From: Acidobacteriota bacterium
GTDB lineage: Bacteria; Acidobacteriota; UBA890; WLXD01
Direction: 5' to 3'
Length of the DNA: 62,960 nucleotides
Assembly: GCA_036012155.1 (NCBI GenBank)
Contig: DASCOT010000052.1
Span: 1 to 62,960, forward strand
Part shown: in pieces, positions 1 through 11,533 of the stretch
How positions within the stretch are numbered: the stretch's first letter is position 1
How the letters are laid out: each line of letters starts with the position of its first letter
Translations under genes and position numbers: made by a program
The notes under the pieces: generated by a model
Database searches by the model: none
What the model was told of the DNA's origin: nothing
Seen by the model: the letters and a program-made list of their open reading frames with translations, nothing else

Positions 1-2974
1 GCACCTCAGCGTCCACATCCGGCACCGTATCGATGTCCGACACGGGCACCACGGTCCAGTTTGGTTGGATGCCCCGATCGATTGACTCATCGACGCGCTG
101 TCGCCATTCATCGTGCTGGGCGGCACCGGCAGCGGCGGCGCCGCCGGCATCGCCGTCATCGGCGAGCAGCAGCTCCTGATGCAGACCAAAGGTCCTGGGT
201 ACATCGACCGCCAGCAACGCCGGATCCCACCACACCACCGGGGTGCCGCAATCAGACACGTGAAGGCCGGGCCGCACAGAGATCTCCGCCTCTCCTGGCA
301 CCGCATGCGGCCTAGCGAGCACGGTGCGCTCACCGAACGTCGGACACCCGGGCGCAACCTCGCTTCGCCGGTAGCTCTCGCGCGACGGGTAAATTGCCGG
401 GTTGAGCGGTGAGGCCCAGCCATCCTCCCAGGCATGGTCACCGACAGTCGGAACCACCAGAAGATCCCGAGCACGAGTCGCTGCCACATAGGCAACACGA
501 ACGGCTTCGGCAGTATCGCGAGCCCGTTCGCGCTCGGTATTCTCCGTCAACTCCCACGGTGAACAGCCCAGGAGTCGCGTCGCACTCAGCCGGCGCTCGG
601 GATCGATGTGTGTCGACGGCATCGCGTGCGTCAAGTTGGCCGTAATGTCGGCGAAGATCACCACCGGGAACTCCAGCCCCTTGGCGCCGTGCACGGTCAT
701 CACGCGCACACCTTCGGCACCCTCTTCGAGCACCGGTGACTCGGTCGACCCGGCGCGCTCGGCCTCATCATTGAGCCGGCGAACGAACCCACGAAACGAG
801 ATCCCGCCGCGGAGCTCGAAGGCGCGCGCCAAGTCACAGACGCGCTGCACGTTTGCCAGCACCTGGTTGCCCGCCGGCCGCATGGCGAACCCTGCGTGGG
901 CGCGCGTCGCCTCCAGCAACTCGAGAATGGTCTGCGCGATCGGCACTTGATTGCGACGGCGATGTAACGCACCGAGCAGCGACAGCGCCACGCCGATCGG
1001 GGTGAGCTCGTCATCGAGCTGCTGATCGTCGCGCCGGAATGGGTACAGCCTGCCGATCTCCTGGCGAAACCTCAGCAGCGCTGCGTCGGGAATCGCGAAT
1101 AGGCCGCCTTTGAGAGTGGCGAAGACCGAGAGCTCGTCGTCAGGCCATTCCATCGCACTCAGCGCGGCACGCAGCGTTTCCACCTCTTCGCGCTGGTGGA
1201 AGGAGCGACCACCAGAAAGCAGGTGCGGGATGCCGCGCGCCTCGAGAGCCGCCAGGTATGGCCGGGTGACGTCGGTACGCCAGGAGAGAAAGCGGCGGAA
1301 CAGGACGGCGACGTGGCGGGGCCGGATCGACACCAACTCGCCCGGGTTGTCAGGGTCGTCGACCTTCCAGTCGCTCTCGGTGAGCAACCAAGAGATCCAG
1401 GCCGCAATCACTTCCGGGAGGCCGCGATCCACCTCCCATTTGGTAATTCGGTAACGTCCGTAGGGCTCGGGGACCGGCAACGCCACCACGGCGGGCTGGC
1501 CGTCGATGGAAGGGCGATGATTGGCCAGTGGCACGTAGTCAGGCTGCCCCGACTCTCGGTCCCCGGTCATCAGTCGACTGAACGCTCGATTGACGCTCTC
1601 CTGAAGAGGCTGCACGGAGCGCCAGCTGCGGGTCAGCTTCTCGAATGCGACCCCCTGTCGCTGCAGCCCTTCTTTGATCTGCTCATAAAGCACCACGTCA
1701 GCTCGGCGGAATCGGTAGATCGACTGCTTCGGATCGCCTACCAGGAACAGCTTGCCGGGCGCTGGGGTCGCGCTCCGCCAATCTGATACCCGCGGGTCGG
1801 CAGCGGCCAGCAGGAGAAGAATCTCGACCTGCAACGGATCTGTGTCCTGGAACTCGTCAACGAAGATGTGGCGAAACCGGCCCTGCAGATAGAGGCGCAC
1901 GTCGGGGTTGTCGCGAATCAGGTCGCGGGTGCGAATCAAGAGGTCGAGAAAGTCGAGCTGTCCGGCGTCACGCTTGAGGCGCCCGTATGCCTCGACGACT
2001 TCGTCCAACTCGCCGCGCAGCAGTGCCGCCAGGTCGGCGTCGGCGTATCGCTCGAACTCCTCGAGACCGGCGATTAGCGCGTCGCGCCGGCGCCCGACTT
2101 CCGCCCGTGAGATACCTTCCGCCGACCAGGTGCCTCTGCCCTTCTGCCGTCTATTGCGGCGCAGCTCGCGCAGCGTATCCAGGAGGCGAGCCTCCAGCGC
2201 ATCGTAGTCACGGCGCGGCGCGACATCTTCCGAGCGTCGCACCCATGTATCGAGCTGCTCGGCCGGCGCGATCGCGCGCCGCAGCGGATCATCGGTCTTC
2301 CGGCACTGTTGATAGAGTGCGGCCACCTCAGCAACGCGCTCGATCTCGACGTCGATCATCGCCTGCCGATCGTACGGCCGTCGCTCCCATTTCGCCGGGT
2401 AGTCGCGCCATTCGAGCAAACGCTGGCCAGCTTCGCGCAATCGCTCCATCGGGGTTGACCCATCGAACGCCGGGCGTACCGCCAAACGACTGAGCGCCCG
2501 GCGTAGGCCCTCGGGCATCTCACCCAGGCGTCGTTCGATCCACCAACGAAAGGCGCGGTCGTAGAGGCTGGCGGCTTGCTCGTTGTCGATCTCCCCGAAG
2601 GCAGGGTCGATCTTGGCCTCCACCGGTCGCTGGCGCAGAATCTCGGCGCAGAACGAGTGGATCGTTCCGACGCTGGCCTCTTCCAGCCGCGCGATGGCGT
2701 CGGTCAGGCACGCGCGGCGGTCGGAATCCGTCTCGCTGGCCCGCGCCCGATCCAACTCCTGGCGCAGTCGTAGCTTGAGCTCGCCGGCGGCCTTGCGCGT
2801 GAAGGTCACCGCAACCACGGCTTCGATCGGTGCCCCCGCCGCCAGGGCATTCACCAGGCGAGCTACGAGAATCGTGGTCTTGCCGGTCCCGGCCGCCGCT
2901 TCCACGAGGAAGCTACGCGTCAGGTCTTGGCGAATCCGCTCGCGGGCTGCCCTGTCGTCGTCGATCGAGCTCAT
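1..2974 (-). CDS. addA: AddA/UvrD-family helicase subunit (runs off the left edge)
   Basis: Hand translation from ATG 2974: MSSIDDDRAARERIRQDLTRSFLVEAAAGTGKTT (Walker A), FVDEFQDTD, VGDPKQSIYRFRRAD, MTVHGAKGLEFP, YVAATRARD. All segments checked, down to position 1, are in one frame. The start overlaps the stop of the upstream gene (ATGA). Confidence 0.9.
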   Translation of the reverse strand, partial: MSSIDDDRAARERIRQDLTRSFLVEAAAGTGKTTILVARLVNALAAGAPIEAVVAVTFTRKAAGELKLRLRQELDRARASETDSDRRACLTDAIARLEEASVGTIHSFCAEILRQRPVEAKIDPAFGEIDNEQAASLYDRAFRWWIERRLGEMPEGLRRALSRLAVRPAFDGSTPMERLREAGQRLLEWRDYPAKWERRPYDRQAMIDVEIERVAEVAALYQQCRKTDDPLRRAIAPAEQLDTWVRRSEDVAPRRDYDALEARLLDTLRELRRNRRQKGRGTWSAEGISRAEVGRRRDALIAGLEEFERYADADLAALLRGELDEVVEAYGRLKRDAGQLDFLDLLIRTRDLIRDNPDVRLYLQGRFRHIFVDEFQDTDPLQVEILLLLAAADPRVSDWRSATPAPGKLFLVGDPKQSIYRFRRADVVLYEQIKEGLQRQGVAFEKLTRSWRSVQPLQESVNRAFSRLMTGDRESGQPDYVPLANHRPSIDGQPAVVALPVPEPYGRYRITKWEVDRGLPEVIAAWISWLLTESDWKVDDPDNPGELVSIRPRHVAVLFRRFLSWRTDVTRPYLAALEARGIPHLLSGGRSFHQREEVETLRAALSAMEWPDDELSVFATLKGGLFAIPDAALLRFRQEIGRLYPFRRDDQQLDDELTPIGVALSLLGALHRRRNQVPIAQTILELLEATRAHAGFAMRPAGNQVLANVQRVCDLARAFELRGGISFRGFVRRLNDEAERAGSTESPVLEEGAEGVRVMTVHGAKGLEFPVVIFADITANLTHAMPSTHIDPERRLSATRLLGCSPWELTENTERERARDTAEAVRVAYVAATRARDLLVVPTVGDHAWEDGWASPLNPAIYPSRESYRRSEVAPGCPTFGERTVLARPHAVPGEAEISVRPGLHVSDCGTPVVWWDPALLAVDVPRTFGLHQELLLADDGDAGGAAAAGAAQHDEWRQRVDESIDRGIQPNWTVVPVSDIDTVPDVDAEV

Positions 2975-5900
2975 CCCGCACCTCGCAGGAGCCGCAGGCT
3001 GGCAAGTGGTGCCGGGTCCTTACGGCGAACCCGGAGCTCTTCGTACGGCCCACACACGGCGCGAAAATCGCACCAGTCACAAGCACGTTCGCGCGGCGCT
3101 GCGGGTAAGAAGCCGTCGTTAATCGCAGCGTCGATGATTCCGAGCGCCTGGGAGACCTTCATCCGATTCTCGGCATTGAGCGCCACCTCGCGGTCCTGGA
3201 ACTCGCCTCGTCGGGTGCAGTAGAAGAGACGGCCGGTCTCGACCTCGCCCTCCAGGTGGTGCTCCGCGGCAAGAGCGTAGAGCAACGGCTGCAGCACCTC
3301 GCCGCCACCGATCGTCACGTAACGTGCGCGCAACGCTCGACCCGTCTTGTGATCGGTAACGCGCCAGGTGTCCCGCGCCGGTTGGTGCTCAATGAGATCA
3401 ATGGCACCACGCAGGCGATAGCCGTCGGAGGTAAGCGCCTCGGCGCGATGGCTAAGCGGATCGCGGCCGGCTTCATTTCCCAGGCCGAAGGAGAACTCGA
3501 AGAACGTCGGCTCCCAGCCATCATCGGCCTCGGCAACCTCGCGAATCCAGCCACGTAGGTCTGTGCGCACGCCTTCGACCTCGTCGTCCCAGACGCGTGG
3601 AATGGCTGGCGCGAGCCGCTCTGCGTAGCTCGCCGCCAGATCGTCGAGAACAGCGTCAACGGCGACCATCGCGGCGGCGCGATTGGCCGCCGCAATCGGT
3701 AGGCCGCCAGCGTCTCGAAGGCGCTGCAGGAGCACGTATTGCACCTCATGGAACAGGCTGCCACGCGTCAACGGATCCATCTGCTCCAAGGCCACGGGCT
3801 CTTCGCGAGGTCGCAAGCGCTGGATGGCGTAGAGGTAGAACTGGTACGGGCAGGCCGCGTATCGCTGTAAAGCCGTGGGCGAGTAGCTGCGCTCGCTCAG
3901 ACGATGCCGGTCGAGGACCAAGCGGGCCGCAGCGCCCGGTTGCACTAGCCCGTCGGCCGCGAAGAACCCCGGGCGCCACCTGCGAGCACGAGCGCGGAGC
4001 GAGCGCGCCAAGTGCTCATTGGCGTTCAGGAGGAATCGCGCCCGACCGGTCACCTCACCTTCGGCCCGCGTCAGGATGGGCTCGAGGTAGGAGACGTCGA
4101 ACTCGGCGGCGTCAATGGCGCCTTGCGTATCACGTGGCGCCGGCCAGCCGAGCAATGAAGCCGAACCGGACGCAGCGCGGGACTCCAGCGTACGGGTGTC
4201 AGGGAGATGCCCTTCGGCGGCACGCACGATGTCGAGCGCGTAGAAGGACGGCACTCGCGCCCGGCCCTGGAGCACGTCCTGGGTCGGGTAGGATACGACC
4301 AGACGGCGTGATGCCGCGCCGACCGCAATACGCAGCAACATTCTCTCGTTCTCGAAGCGCTCGTCTTGAGTCATCAAGGGCGCATCGACCAGCCGGCGCA
4401 TCTCGTCCAGCAGAAGCGGGTCCTCGTTGGCTCGCCGCGGGAAGATCCCCTCGGCAAGGCCAGGGAGAAACACCACGTCGAAACTCTGCCCTCGCGCCTC
4501 GTCGATCATGGCGACGAATACCTTGCCGTAGCGTCGACCGGTAGGTTCGTGGCGCAGGAACGCGAGGCGTTCGTCGAGCACCCGCCGCACCTCCGCCAGA
4601 TCGACTGGCCCGACGCTTTCCATCGGTTCCAGACCAGCGAGCACGGCGAGGACTCGCTCCGGCCGTCGCAGCGTCGCAGCGGCGAGCTGACGAAGCGATT
4701 GCAGCCAATCGCCCCATGGCGCCGATCCAGGTAGATCCGCCAACATGTCGACAATCGGAAGCGCGAAACTCTCGAGGTTGGCGAGCCCCTCGATTTGACG
4801 CCGGAGGTCGTCGCTCCGCGTCTCGTCAAGATCCTCCAAGGCGCGACACCGTTCTTCGAGCTCGGCGCGCACCCCGGCAAGCCGCCGCTGCCAACGGTCG
4901 CGCCCACCCACAACCGCCGCATCGACGAGCAGCTGCTCCCACCGGCGCGGTGTCCGTACGGTGCCGGCGACGACGGGACCGTCGCCCCCGTCGTCCTCTT
5001 CGGCGATGACGGGGTCCGGCACGAACGATTTAAAAACCAGCTGAGCCCCGGCCGGCTCCACCCACGGCATCTCGATCGTGCGCGCCTCGACAACCTCGGC
5101 GCGCGGCGATTGCCCCAGCGACAGGTACTCTGCAAAGCGCGACGCCGAAAGATCGTCGGCGGCGCAGGCCAACAGCGCCAGGAAGGCGCGCCCCGCCGGG
5201 TCGGGGCGCACCGTGCCCCGCGTAAACCAGGCCGGCACTCCCGCCCGCCGCAGCGCCTCTTCCACCAGGCCGAGGTAGGCATTCGGGTCGCGTAACAAGA
5301 TGGCGATGCGGTCGAACGGCACTCCCTCTCTTGCAAGGGCGTGGATGCGACGGGCAACTTCGACGGCCTCGCGTCCCTCACCTGGGGCTGCAACGATCTC
5401 GAGCGTGTCATCGGTGGCCGCCGCGACAGGTTCTGTCTCGCCGAACACGCCGCGTCGAAGCCTTGCGAGCTGGGTTGCCGCAGTGGACGGCGTCTCATCG
5501 AGCTCCGTCGGGTCGGCGCAGAACGCTGCGGAGAGCCCCTCCAGCGTCTGTCGGTCGCCGCCGATCACCGTTGCCAACGCGTCGGGGGAGCGCTCGACGA
5601 GACGGCGCCACGCCTCGCGTTCGAGTGCGCTGGTCGGCGACAGGTCGAGCAGGAGCAGCGGCACGCCGACAAGGTTGTGCTGCGCCGTCTCGACTGCCTC
5701 CGCTGCCAACTGCCACAACATCGACGGGTCGGCGAGGCCCCAGCGCTCGATCTCACTGGCGTACGCTGTGGCCAGGAGCTGCAGGTCTAGCCCCGCGTCG
5801 CCCAGCTCGACGAGTTGATCGGTCTCCACACTGGCCAAGCGCAGCTCGGTGAGGGTATGCCGTAGGGCCCGCGGGAATCCCGGGTACTCGGCCACCGGCC

Positions 5901-6225
5901 CGAAGTACCGCAGTCCTTCCAGACCGCAGCGTTCCGATGCGCGAGCCGCAAGCGCCTCCATGCCAAGCCCGGTTACCGGGGCAAGCTGGCGCTCTGCCAG
6001 CGCCGCCACGGCGAGGTCCGCGGCCAGCCGACCCGGGGTGGCACGGTGAACGCCGAACAGGCCTTGGCCCGGAGCCAGTAGCGAGCGCACCAGGTCGTCT
6101 GCCGCGCCGCGTGTCGCCGATACGACGAGGACCGGCCCCCGTTCGGCGACGCGGCGGAGCCATCCTCGCGCGTGTTCGAGACGTCGCGCGGCGCTGTTGG
6201 AGTAAACGACGGAGGCGGTGCCCAT
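2971..6225 (-). CDS. addB: AddB/RexB-like subunit: degenerate helicase scaffold plus C-terminal PD-(D/E)XK nuclease with Fe-S cysteines
   Basis: 1084-aa ORF. YSPTALQRYAACPY, RGAIDLIE..VTDHKTG, QPLLYAL and CDWCDFRAVC (four-Cys staple). No Walker A. Coupled to the helicase gene. Confidence 0.85.
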   Translation of the reverse strand: MGTASVVYSNSAARRLEHARGWLRRVAERGPVLVVSATRGAADDLVRSLLAPGQGLFGVHRATPGRLAADLAVAALAERQLAPVTGLGMEALAARASERCGLEGLRYFGPVAEYPGFPRALRHTLTELRLASVETDQLVELGDAGLDLQLLATAYASEIERWGLADPSMLWQLAAEAVETAQHNLVGVPLLLLDLSPTSALEREAWRRLVERSPDALATVIGGDRQTLEGLSAAFCADPTELDETPSTAATQLARLRRGVFGETEPVAAATDDTLEIVAAPGEGREAVEVARRIHALAREGVPFDRIAILLRDPNAYLGLVEEALRRAGVPAWFTRGTVRPDPAGRAFLALLACAADDLSASRFAEYLSLGQSPRAEVVEARTIEMPWVEPAGAQLVFKSFVPDPVIAEEDDGGDGPVVAGTVRTPRRWEQLLVDAAVVGGRDRWQRRLAGVRAELEERCRALEDLDETRSDDLRRQIEGLANLESFALPIVDMLADLPGSAPWGDWLQSLRQLAAATLRRPERVLAVLAGLEPMESVGPVDLAEVRRVLDERLAFLRHEPTGRRYGKVFVAMIDEARGQSFDVVFLPGLAEGIFPRRANEDPLLLDEMRRLVDAPLMTQDERFENERMLLRIAVGAASRRLVVSYPTQDVLQGRARVPSFYALDIVRAAEGHLPDTRTLESRAASGSASLLGWPAPRDTQGAIDAAEFDVSYLEPILTRAEGEVTGRARFLLNANEHLARSLRARARRWRPGFFAADGLVQPGAAARLVLDRHRLSERSYSPTALQRYAACPYQFYLYAIQRLRPREEPVALEQMDPLTRGSLFHEVQYVLLQRLRDAGGLPIAAANRAAAMVAVDAVLDDLAASYAERLAPAIPRVWDDEVEGVRTDLRGWIREVAEADDGWEPTFFEFSFGLGNEAGRDPLSHRAEALTSDGYRLRGAIDLIEHQPARDTWRVTDHKTGRALRARYVTIGGGEVLQPLLYALAAEHHLEGEVETGRLFYCTRRGEFQDREVALNAENRMKVSQALGIIDAAINDGFLPAAPRERACDWCDFRAVCGPYEELRVRRKDPAPLASLRLLRGAG

Positions 6226-6598
6226 GGTGATTTCCCGGGCCGAAGGTTGAATCCCTGTTCTATAGGAAGGACGGGCTACTGGCGAGCGCGTCGACGGGGG
6301 AATCGCATCGTGTCGTGTTCAGCGGTTGACGGTCGTCGGGGCGGTCCGCACCAACGGCGTGCTCGGGACGCGCCTGGCCATGATGAATGTCGACATACGG
6401 CCGCCAAGTAACGCCCACATACGGTCGACGTCGACATGCGGACATGCCATGTCGGCCGCCACTGCCGGGACCGATCACCGTTCGGGCTCGCCGAACACCA
6501 CTCGCTACCCAACTCGACGACCCGATAGCCCTGTGTTTCCAGTCGCCTGGAGGCTCCGTGAGAGTCAGGGGACAGCCAACCTCGACGCCACTGCCGTT

Positions 6599-6615
6599 CT
6601 GGCATGCACCTTGCG
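6599..6615 (+). promoter_or_regulatory. Sigma-54 (-24/-12) promoter
   Basis: CTGGCATGCACCTTGCG has exact GG-N10-GC spacing and closely matches TGGCAC-N5-TTGC. It lies about 145 nt upstream of the GWxTD gene. Confidence 0.65.
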
Positions 6616-6757
6616 AAACAGACTCGTGCGACCCAGGACGCTCCCGACGGTCGGCGCCTTAGGCGCCCGGCACCGACCGCCGATCGCCAGGATCGTGAGG
6701 ATCAGATCGTGACAAAGGCGCCGTGTTGTCCACACGGCATCATCAAGGAGGACGAAC

Positions 6758-7411
6758 ATGCGAGCTCGAAATCGCCGACTCACGAGCCTTCTAGCCATAG
6801 CCAGTGCCGTGGCTTTGCTGCCGGGAGCAGCGACAGCCGCATCATCGGCCGACGAGCTCCCGGAAACGGGAGCCGAAGCAATGGCTCACTTCGAGGCCAA
6901 TCCCGATACCTGGTTGGATGGCCCGGTCGACTACATCATCCTCGACGACGAACGGAAGGTCTTCAAGAAGCTCTCGACAACCGCGGAGCGCACCGACTTC
7001 ATCGCCGAGTTCTGGGATCTCCGGGACGCTACGCCGAAGATTGCCGGCAACGAGTTCCAGCAGCAGTTCTACGAGCGTGTGGCGATGGCCAACGACCGGT
7101 ACCACGACTTTCCTCGAGGCTGGAGGTCGGATCGTGGCCTCATCCACATCGTGCTCGGCCGTCCGGACTATATCCGGCCGATCTTCGGGCGCTCGGACAC
7201 TGACGTCTGGACATACTTCACGGTCGGCGAGGAGGGTTCGAAGCGCCCCTTCCGTGCCGTTACGGGGCAGGTTGCCATCGCGTTTGTGAGAAACCCGGCC
7301 CGCTCCAGCTATCGAATCTACGGTGGCTTCGGCGGACCCGGATTCTTCCCGTTCTACATCCAATACGCGCTTGAGTACGCGAAGGAGGCGGCAATCGTTA
7401 GCACCGATTGA
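6758..7411 (+). CDS. GWxTD-domain exported protein
   Basis: Signal peptide; WLDGPVDYII, FIAEFW, FYERVAMAN, GWRSDRGLIHIVLGRPD, WTY. GAGG RBS. Confidence 0.85.
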   Translation: MRARNRRLTSLLAIASAVALLPGAATAASSADELPETGAEAMAHFEANPDTWLDGPVDYIILDDERKVFKKLSTTAERTDFIAEFWDLRDATPKIAGNEFQQQFYERVAMANDRYHDFPRGWRSDRGLIHIVLGRPDYIRPIFGRSDTDVWTYFTVGEEGSKRPFRAVTGQVAIAFVRNPARSSYRIYGGFGGPGFFPFYIQYALEYAKEAAIVSTD

Positions 7412-7435
7412 GTCCCGTCTGCAGCCAGACTCGGC

Positions 7436-7475
7436 TCCGGCCCGCGCCACCTCCTGGCGCGGGCCGGATTGCGTT
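7436..7475 (+). terminator. Hairpin / probable intrinsic terminator
   Basis: Perfect 14-bp stem TCCGGCCCGCGCCA-cctcc-TGGCGCGGGCCGGA followed by TTGCGTT, 25 nt after the stop. Confidence 0.55.
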
Positions 7476-7511
7476 GGGAGCGGCGCTCCTAGGAAGGCTC
7501 CCCCCTTCAAT

Positions 7512-7520
7512 TGGTATAAT
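7512..7520 (+). promoter_or_regulatory. Extended -10 promoter element
   Basis: TGGTATAAT, a perfect TGnTATAAT in a GC-rich background, upstream of the E1 gene. Confidence 0.6.
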
Positions 7521-7702
7521 GCGCGCTCGCGACGGCCTCGCCGGGGAATGAGGCTGGGACGGCTTCACCGTGTCGGTCCCGGTCAGCCCCCGCCCCGGGA
7601 ACGCCGCCGTCCGCGAACGCCGCACCAATTGGGTGGCGTGTGTGTCGTGATGCTAACTAGACGATCACGACCGCGCCGTTGCCGTGCGCAGGGAGTAACT
7701 GG

Positions 7703-9904
<2,202 letters not shown>

Positions 9905-10050
9905 GCACCGCACCGACTGTCCCCTCACTCCTTCCAAGTGAGTTTGCGGGCTCGTCCCCCGTCTAGGACAATCAGCCTGTAGTCACGCTACCCCTGACGT
10001 CGCTGCCGCGGGCTTACTCACGCAACGATCCGAGCACAGGAAAGCTACGC

Positions 10051-11193
10051 ATGAAGATCGCCATCCCGCGCGAAGCGAAGGTGAACGAGCCACGCGTACC
10101 CGTCGTGCCGGAGGGCGTTGCGACGCTTGTGCAGATGGGCGCCGAGGTTGTCGTCGAAGCGGGCGTCGGCAAGACCGTGAAGGTCGCCGATTCAGGATAC
10201 GAAGAGGCCGGCGCCCAGGTGGTTGAGGATCGCGCCACGCTCCTGCGCGACGCAGAGGTGGTGCTGCGACTCAACCCTCCGTCAACCGAAGACGTCGAGA
10301 TGCTCGGGGCTGGCGCCGTTCACATCAGCTATCTCGACCCGTTCTTCAACCAAGAGCTGGTAGAAGCACTGGCGGCGCGCAACGTGAGCGCCGTCTGCAT
10401 CGAGCTCATTCCGCGTACGACTCTGGCCCAGAAGATGGATGCCCTGAGCTCGCAGGCGAGCCTGGCAGGCTACGTCGCAGTGGTGCTCGCCGCCGAGAGG
10501 CTTGCCAAGGCCTACCCGATGATGATGACCCCGGCAGGCACCCTGCGGCCGTCGCGCGTGTTCGTGATCGGCGCCGGTGTGGCCGGCTTGCAGGCGATCG
10601 CCACGGCGAAGCGTCTGGGAGCGCGGGTCGAGGCCTTCGATACCCGGCCCGTGGTCGAGGAGCAGGTCAAATCGCTCGGCGCGAAATTCGTCAAGATCGA
10701 CCTCGGCGACACCGGTCAGACCGAGGGCGGCTACGCCAAGGAGCTGACCGCGGAGCAGATCGAGATGCAGCGTCAGGGCATGGGAAAGGTCTGCGCAGCG
10801 TCGGACGTGGTGATCACAACGGCGAAGCTGTTCGGTCGCAAGCCGCCATTGATCATCGGCGAAGATATGGTTGCCGGCATGAAGCCGGGAAGCGTCATTG
10901 TGGACATGGCCGCCTGCGAGCACGGCGGCAATGTCGCCGGGACCCGACTCAACGAAGAGGTCGACGTCGGCGGCGTACGGATCATCGGCCTCGACAACTT
11001 GCCGGGCCACGTCGCCGTGCACGCCAGCCAGATGTACTCCAACAACCTGGTCAACTTCCTCACCCATTTCTGGGATGACGAAGCCAAGCGCATGAAGCTG
11101 GACCGTGATGACGAGATCATGGCCGGTGCGCTCGTCACCTGCGACGGCCAGATCATCAGCGAGATGCTGAACAAGGCATACGCCGGCGAGTAA
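10051..11193 (+). CDS. pntAA: NAD(P) transhydrogenase alpha subunit, part 1
   Basis: IPRTTLAQKMDALSSQ, PMMMTPAGT, GAGVAGLQAIATAKRLGA, GGYAKE. Confidence 0.95.
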   Translation: MKIAIPREAKVNEPRVPVVPEGVATLVQMGAEVVVEAGVGKTVKVADSGYEEAGAQVVEDRATLLRDAEVVLRLNPPSTEDVEMLGAGAVHISYLDPFFNQELVEALAARNVSAVCIELIPRTTLAQKMDALSSQASLAGYVAVVLAAERLAKAYPMMMTPAGTLRPSRVFVIGAGVAGLQAIATAKRLGARVEAFDTRPVVEEQVKSLGAKFVKIDLGDTGQTEGGYAKELTAEQIEMQRQGMGKVCAASDVVITTAKLFGRKPPLIIGEDMVAGMKPGSVIVDMAACEHGGNVAGTRLNEEVDVGGVRIIGLDNLPGHVAVHASQMYSNNLVNFLTHFWDDEAKRMKLDRDDEIMAGALVTCDGQIISEMLNKAYAGE

Positions 11194-11232
11194 CGCCGAG
11201 CCAACCATTTACCGGGGCAGAGCCGAATCCCA

Positions 11233-11532
11233 ATGGACGCTCAGACGATCGTATTTCTGTTGTTCATCTTGATGCTCGCCATCTTTCTCGGGTTCGAGCT
11301 CATCTCGCGAGTCCCGTCGCAACTACACACTCCGCTGATGAGTGGCTCCAATGCCATCTCCGGAATCACCATCGTCGGCGCGCTGCTGTCGCTGCGCGGC
11401 GGCAACGAGCGCGTCACCATCATTCTCGGAACGCTGGCGGTGGTGTGCGCCACGATCAACGTCGTCGGGGGCTATCTGGTAACCGACCGGATGTTCGCGA
11501 TGTTCCGCAAGAAGGGCCAGGGGGAAGGCTGA
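11233..11532 (+). CDS. pntAB: NAD(P) transhydrogenase alpha subunit, part 2
   Basis: LHTPLMSGSNAISG, INVVGGYLVTDRM. Confidence 0.95.
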   Translation: MDAQTIVFLLFILMLAIFLGFELISRVPSQLHTPLMSGSNAISGITIVGALLSLRGGNERVTIILGTLAVVCATINVVGGYLVTDRMFAMFRKKGQGEG

Positions 11533-11533
11533 G

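Noticed and set aside
1-2974. Apparent absence of a long ORF at the left end (and at 61586-62960)
   Set aside because: Both are helicase frames that run off the window edge, so the ORF track omits them.
2971-3900. Cas4-like Fe-S nuclease suggesting CRISPR or defence
   Set aside because: It is the C-terminal domain of an AddB-like protein. No cas genes or repeat-spacer array were seen.
7521-7702. TPP riboswitch before a TPP-dependent enzyme
   Set aside because: The GCTGAGA and CCTGA..GCGTAGG core motifs are absent.
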